From Vicugna vicugna (taxonomy: Eukaryota), in contig MU058384.1 in the NCBI GenBank assembly GCA_013265495.1, forward strand, positions 1,985,690 to 2,049,689: 64,000 nucleotides of DNA, written 5' to 3'. The position numbers and the translations under genes were made by a program. The notes under the pieces were generated by a model. The model worked only from the letters and a program-made list of their open reading frames with translations, did no database searches and was not told the origin of the DNA. Of the stretch, positions 52,157-64,000 are shown piece after piece; the first letter of the stretch is position 1; the number at the start of each line of letters is the position of its first letter.

Positions 52157-52452
52157 TAGATAAAAAGGCTATAAAGAGATCCCTAGTCCTTTTTACCACA
52201 TGAGGATACAAGAAGACCCAGAAGAGAACTCCAACTTGACCATGAGAGCACCCTGATCTCAGACTTCCAGTCTCCAGAACCATAGGCAATAAATTTTTGT
52301 TGTTTGTAACCCACTCAGTCTAAGGTATTTTATTATAGCAGCAAAACAGACTAAGACAAACTCCTTACCTACATAACCATTAAGATATTAAACGTGTTGT
52401 TTTATGTCCCAAAGCCTGTAGCAATGTTACATATGCAATAGAAAACTAACAC
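51395..52452 (+). mobile_element. Nested MLT1 > MLT1A-type LTR (51606-52358) > L1 3' end (~51776-52120) with (GATA)n/(GACA)n tail
   Basis: Inner LTR tgctctggtctgaatg…gactaagaca with TSD gactc/aactc; L1 3'UTR gacaacatggatgtaccttgaggacattatgctaagtgaaata. Confidence 0.85.
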
Positions 52453-53325
52453 GGAGCATTTGATACTAATGGTTTAATTGAACTTTCAAAGTATCTCATT
52501 ATTTCGAATGATTTGTGATTCATAAGTAGACAGAGCTATAAGAAGAATCAAGCTATAATGATAACTCTTACAAGGTACTTTTTAAAGTTGTTTTTCACTC
52601 ATATGATGTAATTTTAAAACTTTGGGTTCTATTACTCCTAGTTGTTGCTGAATATGTCTATTACTTTTACAATTTTCAAAATGCTCCCCAAAATCTTGCA
52701 GGGCTGGTCTGAAATGTACCGAATACCTACAGCTACAAGCATAATAGTTCCTTTCATTACACCTTAGGAGAAGGACACTAATACTACCAATTTCACGTGT
52801 CACCAGTTTTATGGTAGCTGCTTATATGCTGCTGAGGGAAAAGCTGACTTTAAAAGAAACCTAGCTGAAGGATGAGTTCTTTTAGTTTTATGTACATAAA
52901 TACCTGATTAGACAAAACTCAAGAATTTGGAGAAAATAAAGATAATTTATTACAGTTTTAACCTGAGTCCCTAGTCATTAGGAAATTTGCAAAATGGTGG
53001 CAGGGTAAAGCAGAAAATATGAATTTTAATAGCGTGACAAATAGAAATTTGAACAGGATTTCAATGCAGCCAGATTAAAGAAGCACAGCGATTTTCTTTC
53101 CATTCAAAGGATAATGAAAATCTCCACCATTCTTTGTATCAGAATCACAGTGCCCCAAGGGCTCTTCCTGACTGAGGGCGGTTATTGCCTGGGGCTGACG
53201 GCAGAGCTGCCACAACGGATTCTGAAGCCCCAGATGACCCCTCATAGGCTTTTACCAAAACAGTCAGTCCTTCCTGCTCCAAGGCAAACTCAGAAGAAAT
53301 ACTGTATCTGTGTTATAATACTTAC

Positions 53326-53386
53326 TCTTTGAACCCAGACGATGAATTTCCTCCACTAAGAGGTTAACCTCGTGATCCACATTCAT
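53326..53386 (-). CDS. ABRACL: ABRACL coding exon (exon 2), MNVDHEVNLLVEEIHRLGSK + 1 nt; 6-nt 5'UTR (53387-53392) precedes the ATG
   Basis: Minus strand reads ...cccccAG|gcagcaATGAATGTGGATCACGAG...TCAAAGA|GTAAGT. The peptide is the Costars/ABRACL N-terminus, and the phase-1 end joins exon 3 to make AAT (Asn). Confidence 0.97.
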
Positions 53387-56300
53387 TGCTGCCTGGGGGA
53401 GAAAAAAATAAATCTGGATTATTACAATCTCTACATTCCACTAAGCACATCTTGCCAAATCCAAGGGCCCTTTCTTTTTTTCATGTGGTATTTGTCACTA
53501 TTAATTTACCAAGTCCCTCTTCCTAAAATACTTGCATGATGTACCTGGCTCAAGAGTACTTCCATTTTTACCCCTGTCTTTATAACTGCCCCTCGGGGTG
53601 ACCCCACCCTTACGCTACACAGACAATTGGGAAGAATAAAGCCATTCTCCTTGCACCACTGTTAACTCTAAGCCCATGCTCTGCTAAGTGCCAAAAATAC
53701 AAAGGTAGGTGACACAGGACCTGCCCTCAGGGAACTCACCTTCCAGAAGCAGAGAAAGGCCTGGAATGAGTAACAATGTGACAAACACTCTTTTGAGTGT
53801 GGGTCCAAGGCAGTAAGGAAGCAAGAAGGAAGCCACTGAAGGTTTCATGGAGGTCACTGAGGAGGAGTGGCAGGTAGACAGTTGGGGAAGGATGTTCCAG
53901 GCATAGGGGAGAGCATTTACAAAAGCACAGAAACCAAAACCGAAACCAAAACCAAAACCAAAAAAACCGCAGCACACTTTGGGCAAGCCCTAAGCCAGGA
54001 GCTGGAGGTACCGAGATAAACCAACACAATCCCCTGGCTCTGGGAACCTGCGGTCTAGTGAGGAAGGCGGATCCACGAGGCAATTTTAAAACCATCGGGT
54101 CAGTGCCATGATGACTTCTGGGTCACACACAGGGGCATAATGTCTTTCCCCAGCAGCGCCCCTTCAACCTGACTGCAATGGAGAGCTTGTGGTGAAGACT
54201 GTTCATCTTTGGTTAAGGAGGAGTCCAGGACTGACAGGAGCTGTGAGACTTCCCTTGGCTCCCTAGTCCTCCACAGGCTGGATTCTGCCCACCATTCCAG
54301 CCACCTCAAATCCACCCCCTTGAATTCCAGGTGGCAGCTACCTGGGACTTCTTTTTATTCCTCAGATGCCCCTCACTCACCTCCAGCCTTTACACATACT
54401 CTTTCTTCTTCAACATGGGCTCCAGCTAGTCCTCTTTCTTGGGGCTAACTTCCACACATCCAGTCCGAGGTGAGACATCACCTCCTCCAGGAAGCCTTCC
54501 CTGAAACCCTGGTGTAGGAGAGCACCCCCATGTGTGTTACCACAGCATCGTGCACCCTCTTCATTTCACTTGATCGTAATGACCAGTTTCTCGGCTTTAA
54601 CCACTAGACAGTGAACTCCTCTAGTGTTATGCTCACTGCTGAATCATATCTGGCACCAAGAGCTGGAATTCAATAAATAATTGGTTTGCAGACTGAATAA
54701 TGAGCAGAGACATGAGAGGGGATGGACCCACACCTGTGGGAGTTGTTACCATGGAGCTGCTGATTTCAGTGAGGAACAGAGAGGCACTCTGGGAGGGAGG
54801 AAGCACACTCAGAGACAGAACAGGGAAGGTAAAGGGGCCTGGCAAACACACAGAAAGTGGAAGGAGAGAAACACCAGCAAGAAATAGGAAAGCAGGTAGA
54901 CGTGGAGGAGAGAACCCCAACTCTGTTGGGTCAAAGAAGTAAAGAAGTAAAGAAAGAAGGATGTTTCCACAGGAAGACAATAATTTACAGTGAAAACAGC
55001 CACATGAGGATCACAAAGTATGAGCAGCTGGGCAGAAGAGGCATCAATTCAGTCAGCCTGAAATCGTAAGTTTTACAAATAAAATAAGGGACTAAAAGGG
55101 TGGAATAGTGTGAATGGTTTACTTTGGGGTGATGATTTGGAAGAAACATTCAGACAGATTGTAACTAATTCTTGGTAGCTTTTAAAAAACAAGAATTACA
55201 TCTGTGTTTAAATGATATTGATTGGGACCCCAGATTTCTATCAATTAATGATTAAAAGCAGCATCTGCTACACTTTTGGGTAAATCTCATAATTTAAGAA
55301 GATTCTTAGATTAATGCATCTACATCAAATCCAATAACAAGAATTATAGTCTCCAAATGTAGGAACCTTATATTGATGAAATTATATTTATAAAATTATA
55401 CTTAATTCAAGACACAGTTTAAGAGAGGCACTAAAAAGCTAAAATATAACCAGAGGACACACTCAAAGACACAGCATGAGAATAATGGTAAAAAACAAAC
55501 AAAACAAAAAACAAAAAAACCTGTCAATGTCAGTGCGGTGAACAGCTGTCATATTTCCCTGCTCAGGACCCATTCTGCCTTCTGGCACCAGAAGTCTAAT
55601 TCTTGTTTGAATAGAGCCTTTTCTTCCCTGCTTTAAACCCATGTATCTTGGATAGAGCCTCACCCTGGATTCCAGGAGTGGTTCAAAGTCAGGATAACTG
55701 GTTTGAGGCATACGCTAGGTGACCCCATCCTGAACAATGGGTTCAGCCCAGGAATTCTGCCAGGACTACGAGTAAAACAACATTGCCCTACCGGGTTCTA
55801 AGATGTAAGTTTATGGCCCCTATGTAAATGCTACCACGTGAAAAAAGCCTGCCAGGAATAAAGCTAACACAAATAAAAATCCACCCACATAACAATGATT
55901 AAGCCTGTAGATGACCTTGGACTTTCCAGTTACAGGAGCCAATCAATCTTTCCTAGTTTTGCTTGTGCTGGTTTGATAAAGTTCCTGTCACTTGCATTCT
56001 AAAGAATCTTGACTTTTAAAGTTACCCTAGAGAACACCTGCTATTTTTTTTTTAATTAAAGCTCCTTTTATGTACTTATGTGACTAGTCTTGTTTTGTGT
56101 TGCAGGTAGGATGGATAAATGGAACAGAAAGGCAGATTTAGAAGTCATATGAGAAAAAATTTCTCTAACAATTAAAACAGCCTAACAATGAAGAAAGTTT
56201 GCAGAAATAGTATGGATTTGTGAGGGTTGATGAAGAAATTAGCCCACACTGGAAATCAAAAGAGAAAGGAAAATATTCAAGGGGATTACAGTCCTTTCTA

Positions 56301-57978
56301 GTTCTCAGATTCTTTGATTTCCTCCCACTCTGAACATTTGTCTCTTTCACATCGTTCTCCATGCCTTCCACCCACCACCAGCCACACACACCAGCCCAGT
56401 TCTCCTTTAATAATGAGACTGCAAGAGGAAACCCCACTATTATGTAGTATGAATACCTACATCATATTAAGCAGCTGTGTGTTCATCCAATTTTAAGGGG
56501 AGGCAATCAGAACTTCTTTGTCATTAATTACACCTGAGACTCCTTACCTGTGTTAATTCATGTAAACCTAAGGACCTTGCCAAGTATTATCTACCCTCAT
56601 TTTCCAGATGATGTAACTGACTCAGAGGAGCTTCCTACAGCTAAATGCTGTCTCTACTGCATCACTCTGCTTCTCTCTCTTTTTCTATGCTGGGTATCAT
56701 GCAAACTGCACTAAATATAACAGTTAAGTTGTATTTGTGTGAAACATTGCATGCTGAGTACTTACGAAGGCAGAACTCTTACAAAGCAAGAAAGGCTCCC
56801 TGCACAGACCCTTCCAAGTAGGAAATTAACAGGCTTAGAAACTATTGCTCGCATACATAATTTGGCATGGTTTCTTTCTTTATTTAATGAGGACAAAGGA
56901 GTATAAACTACTCATTGTTGCACAATCCTTGGGAGGCCCATGGCATTTTATAAGGACAGAAGCCTGAGATGGGTGTTAGGCAGCAAGATCAAGAACAATG
57001 AGGTGAGCCCCCGGGCAGAGCAAGTCTAAGGGAAAGAAAGAGCCCCTCAATGGGAGGCTTGGGGGAAGGCGATGGCAGATGCTAGTCGAGCCCTCTAATT
57101 GTGACAGAATCCAATTAGGCATTGTGCGTGGGAATCACAAAGGAAGTGGAATGTGGGAGGATTGGGCCATATGCTGAAATGCTCCACCATCAAAATGCAC
57201 GTAAGAATATGTTTAAGGACCCTCTTAATAGCTTTTGTTTCTCTGGTTGGTTGGTTTGGGTTGTTTGTTTTAAGTTTGGAGGCAATACCTGGAGATTTTC
57301 TAACGTGAAGGAATAAGCCTACTGGAGTGGGACCATCTGGGGATCAGGAGCCACCTCTCCATACAAGGGCCGGCCACTGTTTTCCAGCCCTCCTTTGCAA
57401 ATCCCCGACCAGCAGCAGATGCAGGTCAGAGGATGACTGGGTTCCTTCCTGCCTCCTCGCTGGCGCGCACACACTCCATATTTGGTCATCCCTGCGCCAA
57501 GTTTGGTAGGTGGCCCGGAAGGGGTCCCAAGACCCAGTGCCCAGCAGGCCACCACATGGTCACCACCCGTACCAGTGCAGAGTTGGGGAGCACGGGGTTC
57601 GGCCCCTGCTCCGGGGCGCACGGCGGGCGCCGGGGCGGCCTCCCCAGGAAGGGCGGCATCCCGGAAGCCTTTGTCTCCGCAAGTCCGTTGCCAGCGCTGC
57701 CGGCTCGTGCTCCCCGGTGGTTGATGCGCCCCGGCGCGCCCCAAAAGGAAGCGCCCTAACAGGGAGACGAAAATGGACGTCGCCCGGGGCTCCCCAAGTC
57801 GCTAGTGTCCCCTCACTACCACCCAACCCGCACATATAGCCGGGGGCGTAAAGATCTGCACCCGCCTCGGGCGCTGCATAGTCCGCTGCCCTGAAGACAC
57901 GGGGGAGCCTATCCCCTCACCCCTAGCCCGTCCCCTACCAGTATTGTGGAACTGGCTCCCCAAGTGCAAAGCGGACAC

Positions 57979-58006
57979 NNNNNNNNNNNNNNNNNNNNNN
58001 NNNNNN
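57979..58006. other. Assembly gap (28 N) followed by a 28-nt poly(A) run
   Basis: Directly visible. Confidence 0.99.
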
Positions 58007-58038
<32 letters not shown>

Positions 58039-58312
58039 TACAGCACAGCTGGCTGCCCTGCCCGCCCCCGCCGGCAAAAGGTCACGTGAGCCCAGTGCGG
58101 AAGTCTGATGGAGAGGTGGGGTGCGGCGGCGCGCCCACCCGGTTCCCCGCTCCAGCTCAACCCGGTCCTAGTTATAACCTCTAAGTGCCTTAGAGGGCTC
58201 CGCGTCCCGGCTCTCCACCCGCCGCCCACCATTCCCCCAGCTGCTTGGCTTCCACCCGCTACCCACGTCCATCCATTATACCTGGCCACATCTTCCCAGG
58301 GCAATCACTCAC

Positions 58313-58450
58313 CTCTCCGGCTTCTTTTCTTTTCCGAGGAAAAACTAGGGCAGCGTCGATCTGGACTGGTTATCTTCTTCAATACACTGGGGAGGAAGAG
58401 GCTGAGGAAGGAAGTGACTGAGGCAAAGAGAAAGGCTGGTGTGCAGGAGG
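58313..58450 (-). other. ABRACL: Probable non-coding exon 1 of ABRACL (5' end approximate)
   Basis: Strong donor GAG|GTGAGT at 58312-58307 on the minus strand, inside the CpG island. Exon 2 has an acceptor and only 6 nt of UTR, so an upstream exon is required. Confidence 0.7.
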
Positions 58451-60520
58451 AGGAAGGGGCGGGAGGGGGGAGCAGTGAGAGTTTAAGCGCTCAGGAATGG
58501 GGCCGCCCACACTCCAGGGACAAGCCTATGAGGAGGAAACTCAGGAGAGGAGACGCGCGAGAAGCTGGCCGACTCCAGACAGGTGGCGGAGCGCTGGAAG
58601 CTTCTAGGAAAACGCACCCAGGGCTTCGATTACCACCACCTTTCCTCCGCGCCACTAGGAGCCTAGGATCCCGTCCCCGGCATCTGATCCTGGACGTTGA
58701 CTTCCTGCCAGGGACTCCTAACGTCAGAAATAAAGCGCCCCCAACCTGCCAAATGCTGAGGTCTCTTAGGAGGAACGTGACGTTGATTCTGTAAAACGAG
58801 AAGCAGGGGCGCTCAGAAAACTACAGACTTGACAGCAGGATGGTCTGATTGGCAAAAGAAAATGCATTTTTGAAAACCAATTTGTCCTACTGCAAAGAAA
58901 CTTTATTTGGACAAATTTAATTCTTGACAGTGGGTCGATATAGATTTCTTCCCATCGTCATTCATTACTCCGTACATTTAACCGCATAATCCAATCATTT
59001 CATTCATACATCCTTTATTTCAGTCACTGTTGTTTTAACCAGTGTGTGTGTGTGTGTGTGCGAGCTCGCGGGCGCATGTGATATGCTTACTGTACCTGCA
59101 GTCCCATCAAAAAGGAAACAGGCCCTGCTGAAAGAACTGACCCAACTATTCCTAGGACAAAGGTCTTACAAATAACTGCCCTAGAAGTCCCCAGCCCCAC
59201 CCCGGAGCTGATTGGATTAAGAGTAGTCATGTGACCCAAGAGACAGAGTCCATAAACTGGCCATCACCCTAGGAGGTGACCTGGTACAAACAGTCCTCAC
59301 CAAACAGGGACTCAGGTCATTAGGTGAGCCAATCAGATTCTCCCTTGGAAATTGAAAGGGGGAGAATACAGAGAATGAGCCACGGGATAGAAAGGCTGAA
59401 GCTGACAGGGCTTGAGGCAACAGTAGGGAAAGTGGGACTTCACAGAGCAAAGCACTGGAGTAAGGAAATACCAAGGATGAAGTAGAAAGTGGGTGGGGAC
59501 GAAGTGGTAGAAGTGACTCGAAGGGAAGCTGAGACCCAGTGATACATTAAGCGCAACAAAGACTTGCTCCACTAGAAGATATGAGTATCCAGGTGACTAG
59601 AGCTGCACTGGATCCAGCTACTTCCCAAACAGTGGTTTAGTTGTTACCCTTTCACAGTAAACACCTATCACTTTGGGTGTGACTTTAAATGAGTCTCTGT
59701 TTCCTAGCACCAAAAGATTACTCTTCAACAAAGATCTGATTCGTCAAGTTTTCTCATGAAGTTTAAGGTTATTCCAAGGTCCTTTTGAGGTCTTTTTCTC
59801 ACTAAAAGAAAGCTAAGAGGTAATATTTTATATCTTTCAAAGGCTACATAATGCAAAAATTATAATTCAAGAAAACGATCATATCTAGCAATTCTCTAGG
59901 CAGGATGTGGCTACTTTGGCTTGCAGCAGTGATCACAATTTTTCATTCAGATGGTATCTAATGAAATGAATAATCAATCTGTAGTGTGCCACTTCTTTAT
60001 AACTAACTAGTGTTTCATAGTACTCTGCCAATGGGCAGAAAAGAAAAAGAAGAAAAGAAATAGATTACTTTAAGCAAGTAAAAGCTCTTGTTAATATAAA
60101 AATGGACTCACTCTAAAAATACTTCATTTATACACATGCTGCACTAAGCATAATATAAACTTCATGTTGATCTATAAGGAATTATAATTCAAGAACATTG
60201 TTTTGGATGAAAGAATATCAAAATTTTGCTAAGTAATATTTTTCATACCCAATTCCTATTCTTTCAGTTTCCATTCACTTTTGCCATCATCTTTTCCTGT
60301 TCTTTTAGGAATATTTTTAACCTAAAAAAAAAATAGAAGATAAAGTTTAGTGAACAGTTAAGAAGTATTTATTAACTATCAAGTATGCACCAGCAACAAT
60401 GCATCAGTACTGGAGGGTACAAAGTTGCTTAAAGCATGATCTTTGTCAAAAAACTTTCAGTAATGTACATATAAAATTGTAAGACAATCTTTATCCATTT
60501 ATTTAATTACATAGTATAGA

Positions 60521-60812
60521 CCAGCACTATTCAATGGAAATATGATTGTGAGCCAGTTCTGTAATTTAAAATTTTCTAGGAGCCACATTAAAAAAAAAGA
60601 AATATGAAATTAAATTTAATATGTTCGATTTCACCCAGTATATCTAAACTACTATCACTATGACTTATAATGAATATTTTAAAATTATTGAGATATACAT
60701 TCTTTGTTTTGTACTAAATCTTCAAAGGCTATCATGTATTTTACACTTGGAACACATTTCAGATGCTCAATAGCTTTCTGTGGCTAATGACTACTGTACT
60801 GGTTGGTGTAGC
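60521..60812. mobile_element. MER33/MER3-like hAT-Charlie
   Basis: tgtaatttaaaattttctagg-agccacattaaaaaa…tgctcaatagc…tgtggctaatgactac. Confidence 0.75.
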
Positions 60813-60979
60813 TACAGATAATTCCCAAAATAAGGCATGACATACAGGCTAATACTTTTACTTAAGAAGTTACATGTTCCTGGACTGAGGAGAATAATAA
60901 CATATTTAAAGGTTTCTTTAAAAATATAACTGTCCGCCTTATAATGAATAGAAAAAAATCTTTATAAAGGATCTTTAGG

Positions 60980-61560
60980 ACAGCAATTCTATCTTAAGTA
61001 TATACCAACAGAAAGAGATATGTACAAAATAGTTACTGAGTATTCATGGCAGCACTATTTGTAATATTTCTAAAGTAGATAGAGACATGTACAAAATAGT
61101 TACTGAGTATTCATGGCAGCACTATTTGTAATATTTCTAAAGTAGAGCTACTCAAATACCCAATAACATTAGAATGGGTTAATAAACTGTGACATACTCA
61201 TATAATGGAAATTATCCACCAAGGAGAAGGAAAAACCAACAACTACATGGAATGATGTGGCTAAATCTCACAAATGCAGTGTTGAGTGAAATGAGCCTAC
61301 TATTCATTTACATGAAGGTTTAAAAGCAGGCAAAACCAGTTAGTGGTGTTAGAAGTCAGGGTAGTCATTATCCTTGTTGGGTTGGGGGGGAGTAGTAAGT
61401 GAGATGGGGCACGAGGGGAGCCTTATTGGGTGCTGATAACATTCTGCTTCTTGATTTGTACTGGTTACACAGGTGTTTTAGTTTGCAATTTCATCAAGCT
61501 GGCCATTTAAGATAAATATTTTTTCCCCCGTGGCTATGTTCTTTTTCAATAAAACATTTT
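60980..61560 (+). mobile_element. Old L1 (L1ME-type) 3' end containing a 67-bp tandem duplication
   Basis: cagcaattctatc…ggcagcactatttgtaata…ggtgttagaagtcagg…caataaaa. Confidence 0.75.
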
Positions 61561-61880
61561 CTTAAAAATTAAAGAATAGAGGATCTTGACCAAACAAGGC
61601 TTATTCCAGGAATGTAAGGATTATTTAACAATGTTAGGAAATTTAATAACTCCTATGGCCAACAGTCTCTAATTTTTATCTTATTCCTTAAAATGAGATT
61701 TATCATTTGGATCTATATTCTAGTTCAGATTATCATCACCTTGTGCTCATGTTAATGTTGGTGATTATAGCAATAATAATGATTATTACATATCTTGTGC
61801 ACTAATTTTTGATCCATTTGTAGTACTGTTTGAGTGCTCTGAGTGATATAAAGAAGTAAAAGTAAAATCTATGCACTCAA

Positions 61881-62006
61881 TGAAAAAGAATATATATGTA
61901 TATATATTCACATACATATAGAATATACATATATATAACTGAATCACTACACTGTACATCAGAAGCTAGCACAACATTGTAAATCAACTATGCCTCAATT
62001 AAAAAA
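61881..62006 (+). mobile_element. Short L1 3' end
   Basis: actgaatcactacactgtacatcagaa…acaacattgtaaatcaacta…A-tail; degenerate TSD aaaatct..c.ctcaa. Confidence 0.75.
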
Positions 62007-62169
62007 AAAATCTGTTCCCTCAAGAAATAATGGTTCCTTTACCACCAGACTCACCTGGCTTCAGTTCATCCTACAATATACTGCTAGTACTATAACTGGA
62101 ATGGCAGATGTCTGTTTTGCTCACCAAGACAGTACCTGGTAGAAACAGATAAATAAAAATATTTTCAAT

Positions 62170-64000
62170 GGGAAAAGGGAATTATATACCATGAGTAAAT
62201 GAGATTTATTCAAGGATTGCAAAATTGGTTCAGCAAAAAGAAATTAATCAATGTAATACACTATAAAAATAGAATAAAGGGAAAAGCCATATGATCATCT
62301 TAGAAAAAGCATTTGACAAAATCCAATACCCTGTCATGATTAAAAACACTAACAAATTAGGAATAGAAGGGAATTCCCCCAACCTGACAACAAGCACATA
62401 CAAAAACTCACAGCTAACATCGCACCCAATGATGAAAGACTGAAAGCATTCCCCCTAAGATCAGGAACAAGACAAGGATGTCTGCTAAGGAGACCACAAA
62501 AAAGCTAACAGAGCCAATAAGCCAGTTCAGCAAGGTTGCAGGATATGATATAATATATAAAAATCAATTATATTTCTATTTTTCTATGTACTAGCAATAG
62601 ACAATCTGAATATGAAACTAAGAAACCAATTCTATTTATAATAATATCAAAAGAATAAAATATGTAGGAATAAGTTTAACTAAAGAGGTACATGCGCTTG
62701 TACAAAATATTACTAAGAGAAAAATTTTTTTAAATCCAAATAAATGGAAAGACACCCTAAATTCATAGACTGGAAGGGTTAATATTTTAAAGGTGGCAAT
62801 ACTCCCCTAAGTGATCTATAGATTCAGTGCAATCCCTATCAAAATTCTAACATCCTTTTTTGCAGAAATTGACAGATTGATCCTAAAATTCATATGGAAA
62901 TGAAAGGGATCTAGAATAACCAAAACAGTCTTGGAAAAGAAAAATAAAGTTGGAGTATTCATATTCTCTGATTTCAAAGCTTACTACAAAGCGACAGCAA
63001 GTGGTACTAGCATAAGAAAAGATGTATAGAAAATGGAATATGATTGACAGTCCAGTAATAAACCCATTCATCTATGGTCAGTTGAGTTTTGACAAGAGAG
63101 CCAAGGCCATTCAATGGGGAGAGAATGGTATTTTTAACAATGGTGCTGGGACACTGGATATGCACAAGGAAAAGTTAATTGGATCCCTACATCACATTAT
63201 ATCCAAAAAACTTAAAATAGATCGAAGACCTAAATGTAAGAGCAGAAACTATAAAACTCTCAGAAGAACACATAAGTGTAAATCTTCATGACCTTGATTA
63301 AATAACATTTTCTTAGGTATGACATCAAAAGCACAAGCAACCAATAGAAAAATAGATAAACTGGGTTTTACCAAAATTAAAAATGTCTGTGGGTTAAAGG
63401 ACACCATCCAGAAAGTGAAAAGTAACCCACAGAATGAAGACAGTTTTTGCAAATCATGTCTGACAAAGATCTCACGTCCAGAAAACATAAAGACTTTCAC
63501 AACTCAACCATGAAAAGACTAATAATCCAATTTAAAACTGGCGACATTTCTCCAAAGGAGAAATACAAATGGCCGATGAGGACATGAAAAGAAGCTCCAC
63601 ATTATTTGTCACCAGGGAAATGCAAATTAAAAACACAGTAAAATACCACTTCACAACCAGTAGGATGGCTATAATTTTTAAAGACGGGAAATAAGTGTTA
63701 GTGAGGATGCAGAGAAAATACAACCCTCAGAATTAGTGGTGGGAATGCAAATGACTGGCGACAGCTTCTGTAAAAAAGAGTTTAGCAGTTCCTCAAAAAG
63801 TTATAAATACATTTTACATTCCTTGACTTAGCATTTCACTCCTAGTTCTATACCCAGGAGTTGTGCGTCCAGAGCAGGCAAATCCGCAGCAAAAAACAGA
63901 TGGATTCTTGATTGCTAGAGACTAGAAAGAGGAAAGAAAAGGGCTAATGGGTATGGGGATCTTTTTTGATGATGAAAAATACTCTGGAACTAGATAGTCA
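62170..64000 (+). mobile_element. L1 ORF2 (RT/C-terminal region) and 3'UTR fragment, decayed, with an internal deletion near 62488
   Basis: ORF fragments such as YGQLSFDKRAKAIQWGE and MTSKAQATNRKIDKLGFTKIKN are L1 ORF2p homologues; gaaaaagcatttgacaaaatccaa RT motif. Confidence 0.95.

Larger units (their letters stand above)
57450..58800. promoter_or_regulatory. CpG island / ABRACL promoter
   Basis: High GC and CpG density. E-box GTCACGTGAG at 58081-58090, ETS site GGAAGTGA at 58410-58417, GC box GGGGCGGGA at 58456-58464. Confidence 0.85.

Noticed and set aside
58108..58794. 228-aa plus-strand ORF
   Set aside because: Lies in the GC-rich CpG island antisense to ABRACL exon 1; low-complexity R/P/G composition with no recognisable domain. 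Typical stop-poor CpG-island artefact.
62883..63723. Several 60-90-aa ORFs
   Set aside because: Fragments of decayed L1 ORF2 on both strands; no intact ORF.
1..64000. CRISPR arrays, operons or prokaryotic defence systems
   Set aside because: The sequence is mammalian; no regularly spaced repeat-spacer arrays or gene-dense ORF clusters are present.

Overview
Mammalian genomic DNA, very probably camelid (two vic-1-like tRNA-derived SINEs with TSDs). The only intact protein-coding gene is ABRACL (Costars family, 81 aa) on the minus strand. Its likely non-coding exon 1 lies in a CpG island at ~58.3-58.45 kb, coding exons are 53326-53386 and 47079-47263, and poly(A) signals are at 46883 and 46699. 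The rest is intergenic or intronic DNA rich in old and lineage-specific transposable elements (L1, L2, MIR, MaLR/ERVL/ERV1 solo LTRs, hAT-Charlie, Tigger), often nested with recoverable TSDs. The most interesting unexplained signal is at ~0.9-7.5 kb: non-repeat sequence that reads on the minus strand as a decayed, large protein-coding ORF. Its frame is restored when an inserted hAT element is excised, it has an internal repeat with synonymous differences, and it has weak OTU-like motifs. It may be an unannotated unitary pseudogene or a fossil mobile/viral ORF. Other notable items are a near-perfect 2.03-kb tandem duplication (real or assembly artefact), a 420-bp orphan insertion inside an old L1, a 36-bp L1 micro-insertion near the ABRACL last-exon acceptor, and a probable 3'UTR retrocopy. 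Repeat family names are from recall of consensus sequences, not from a database search.
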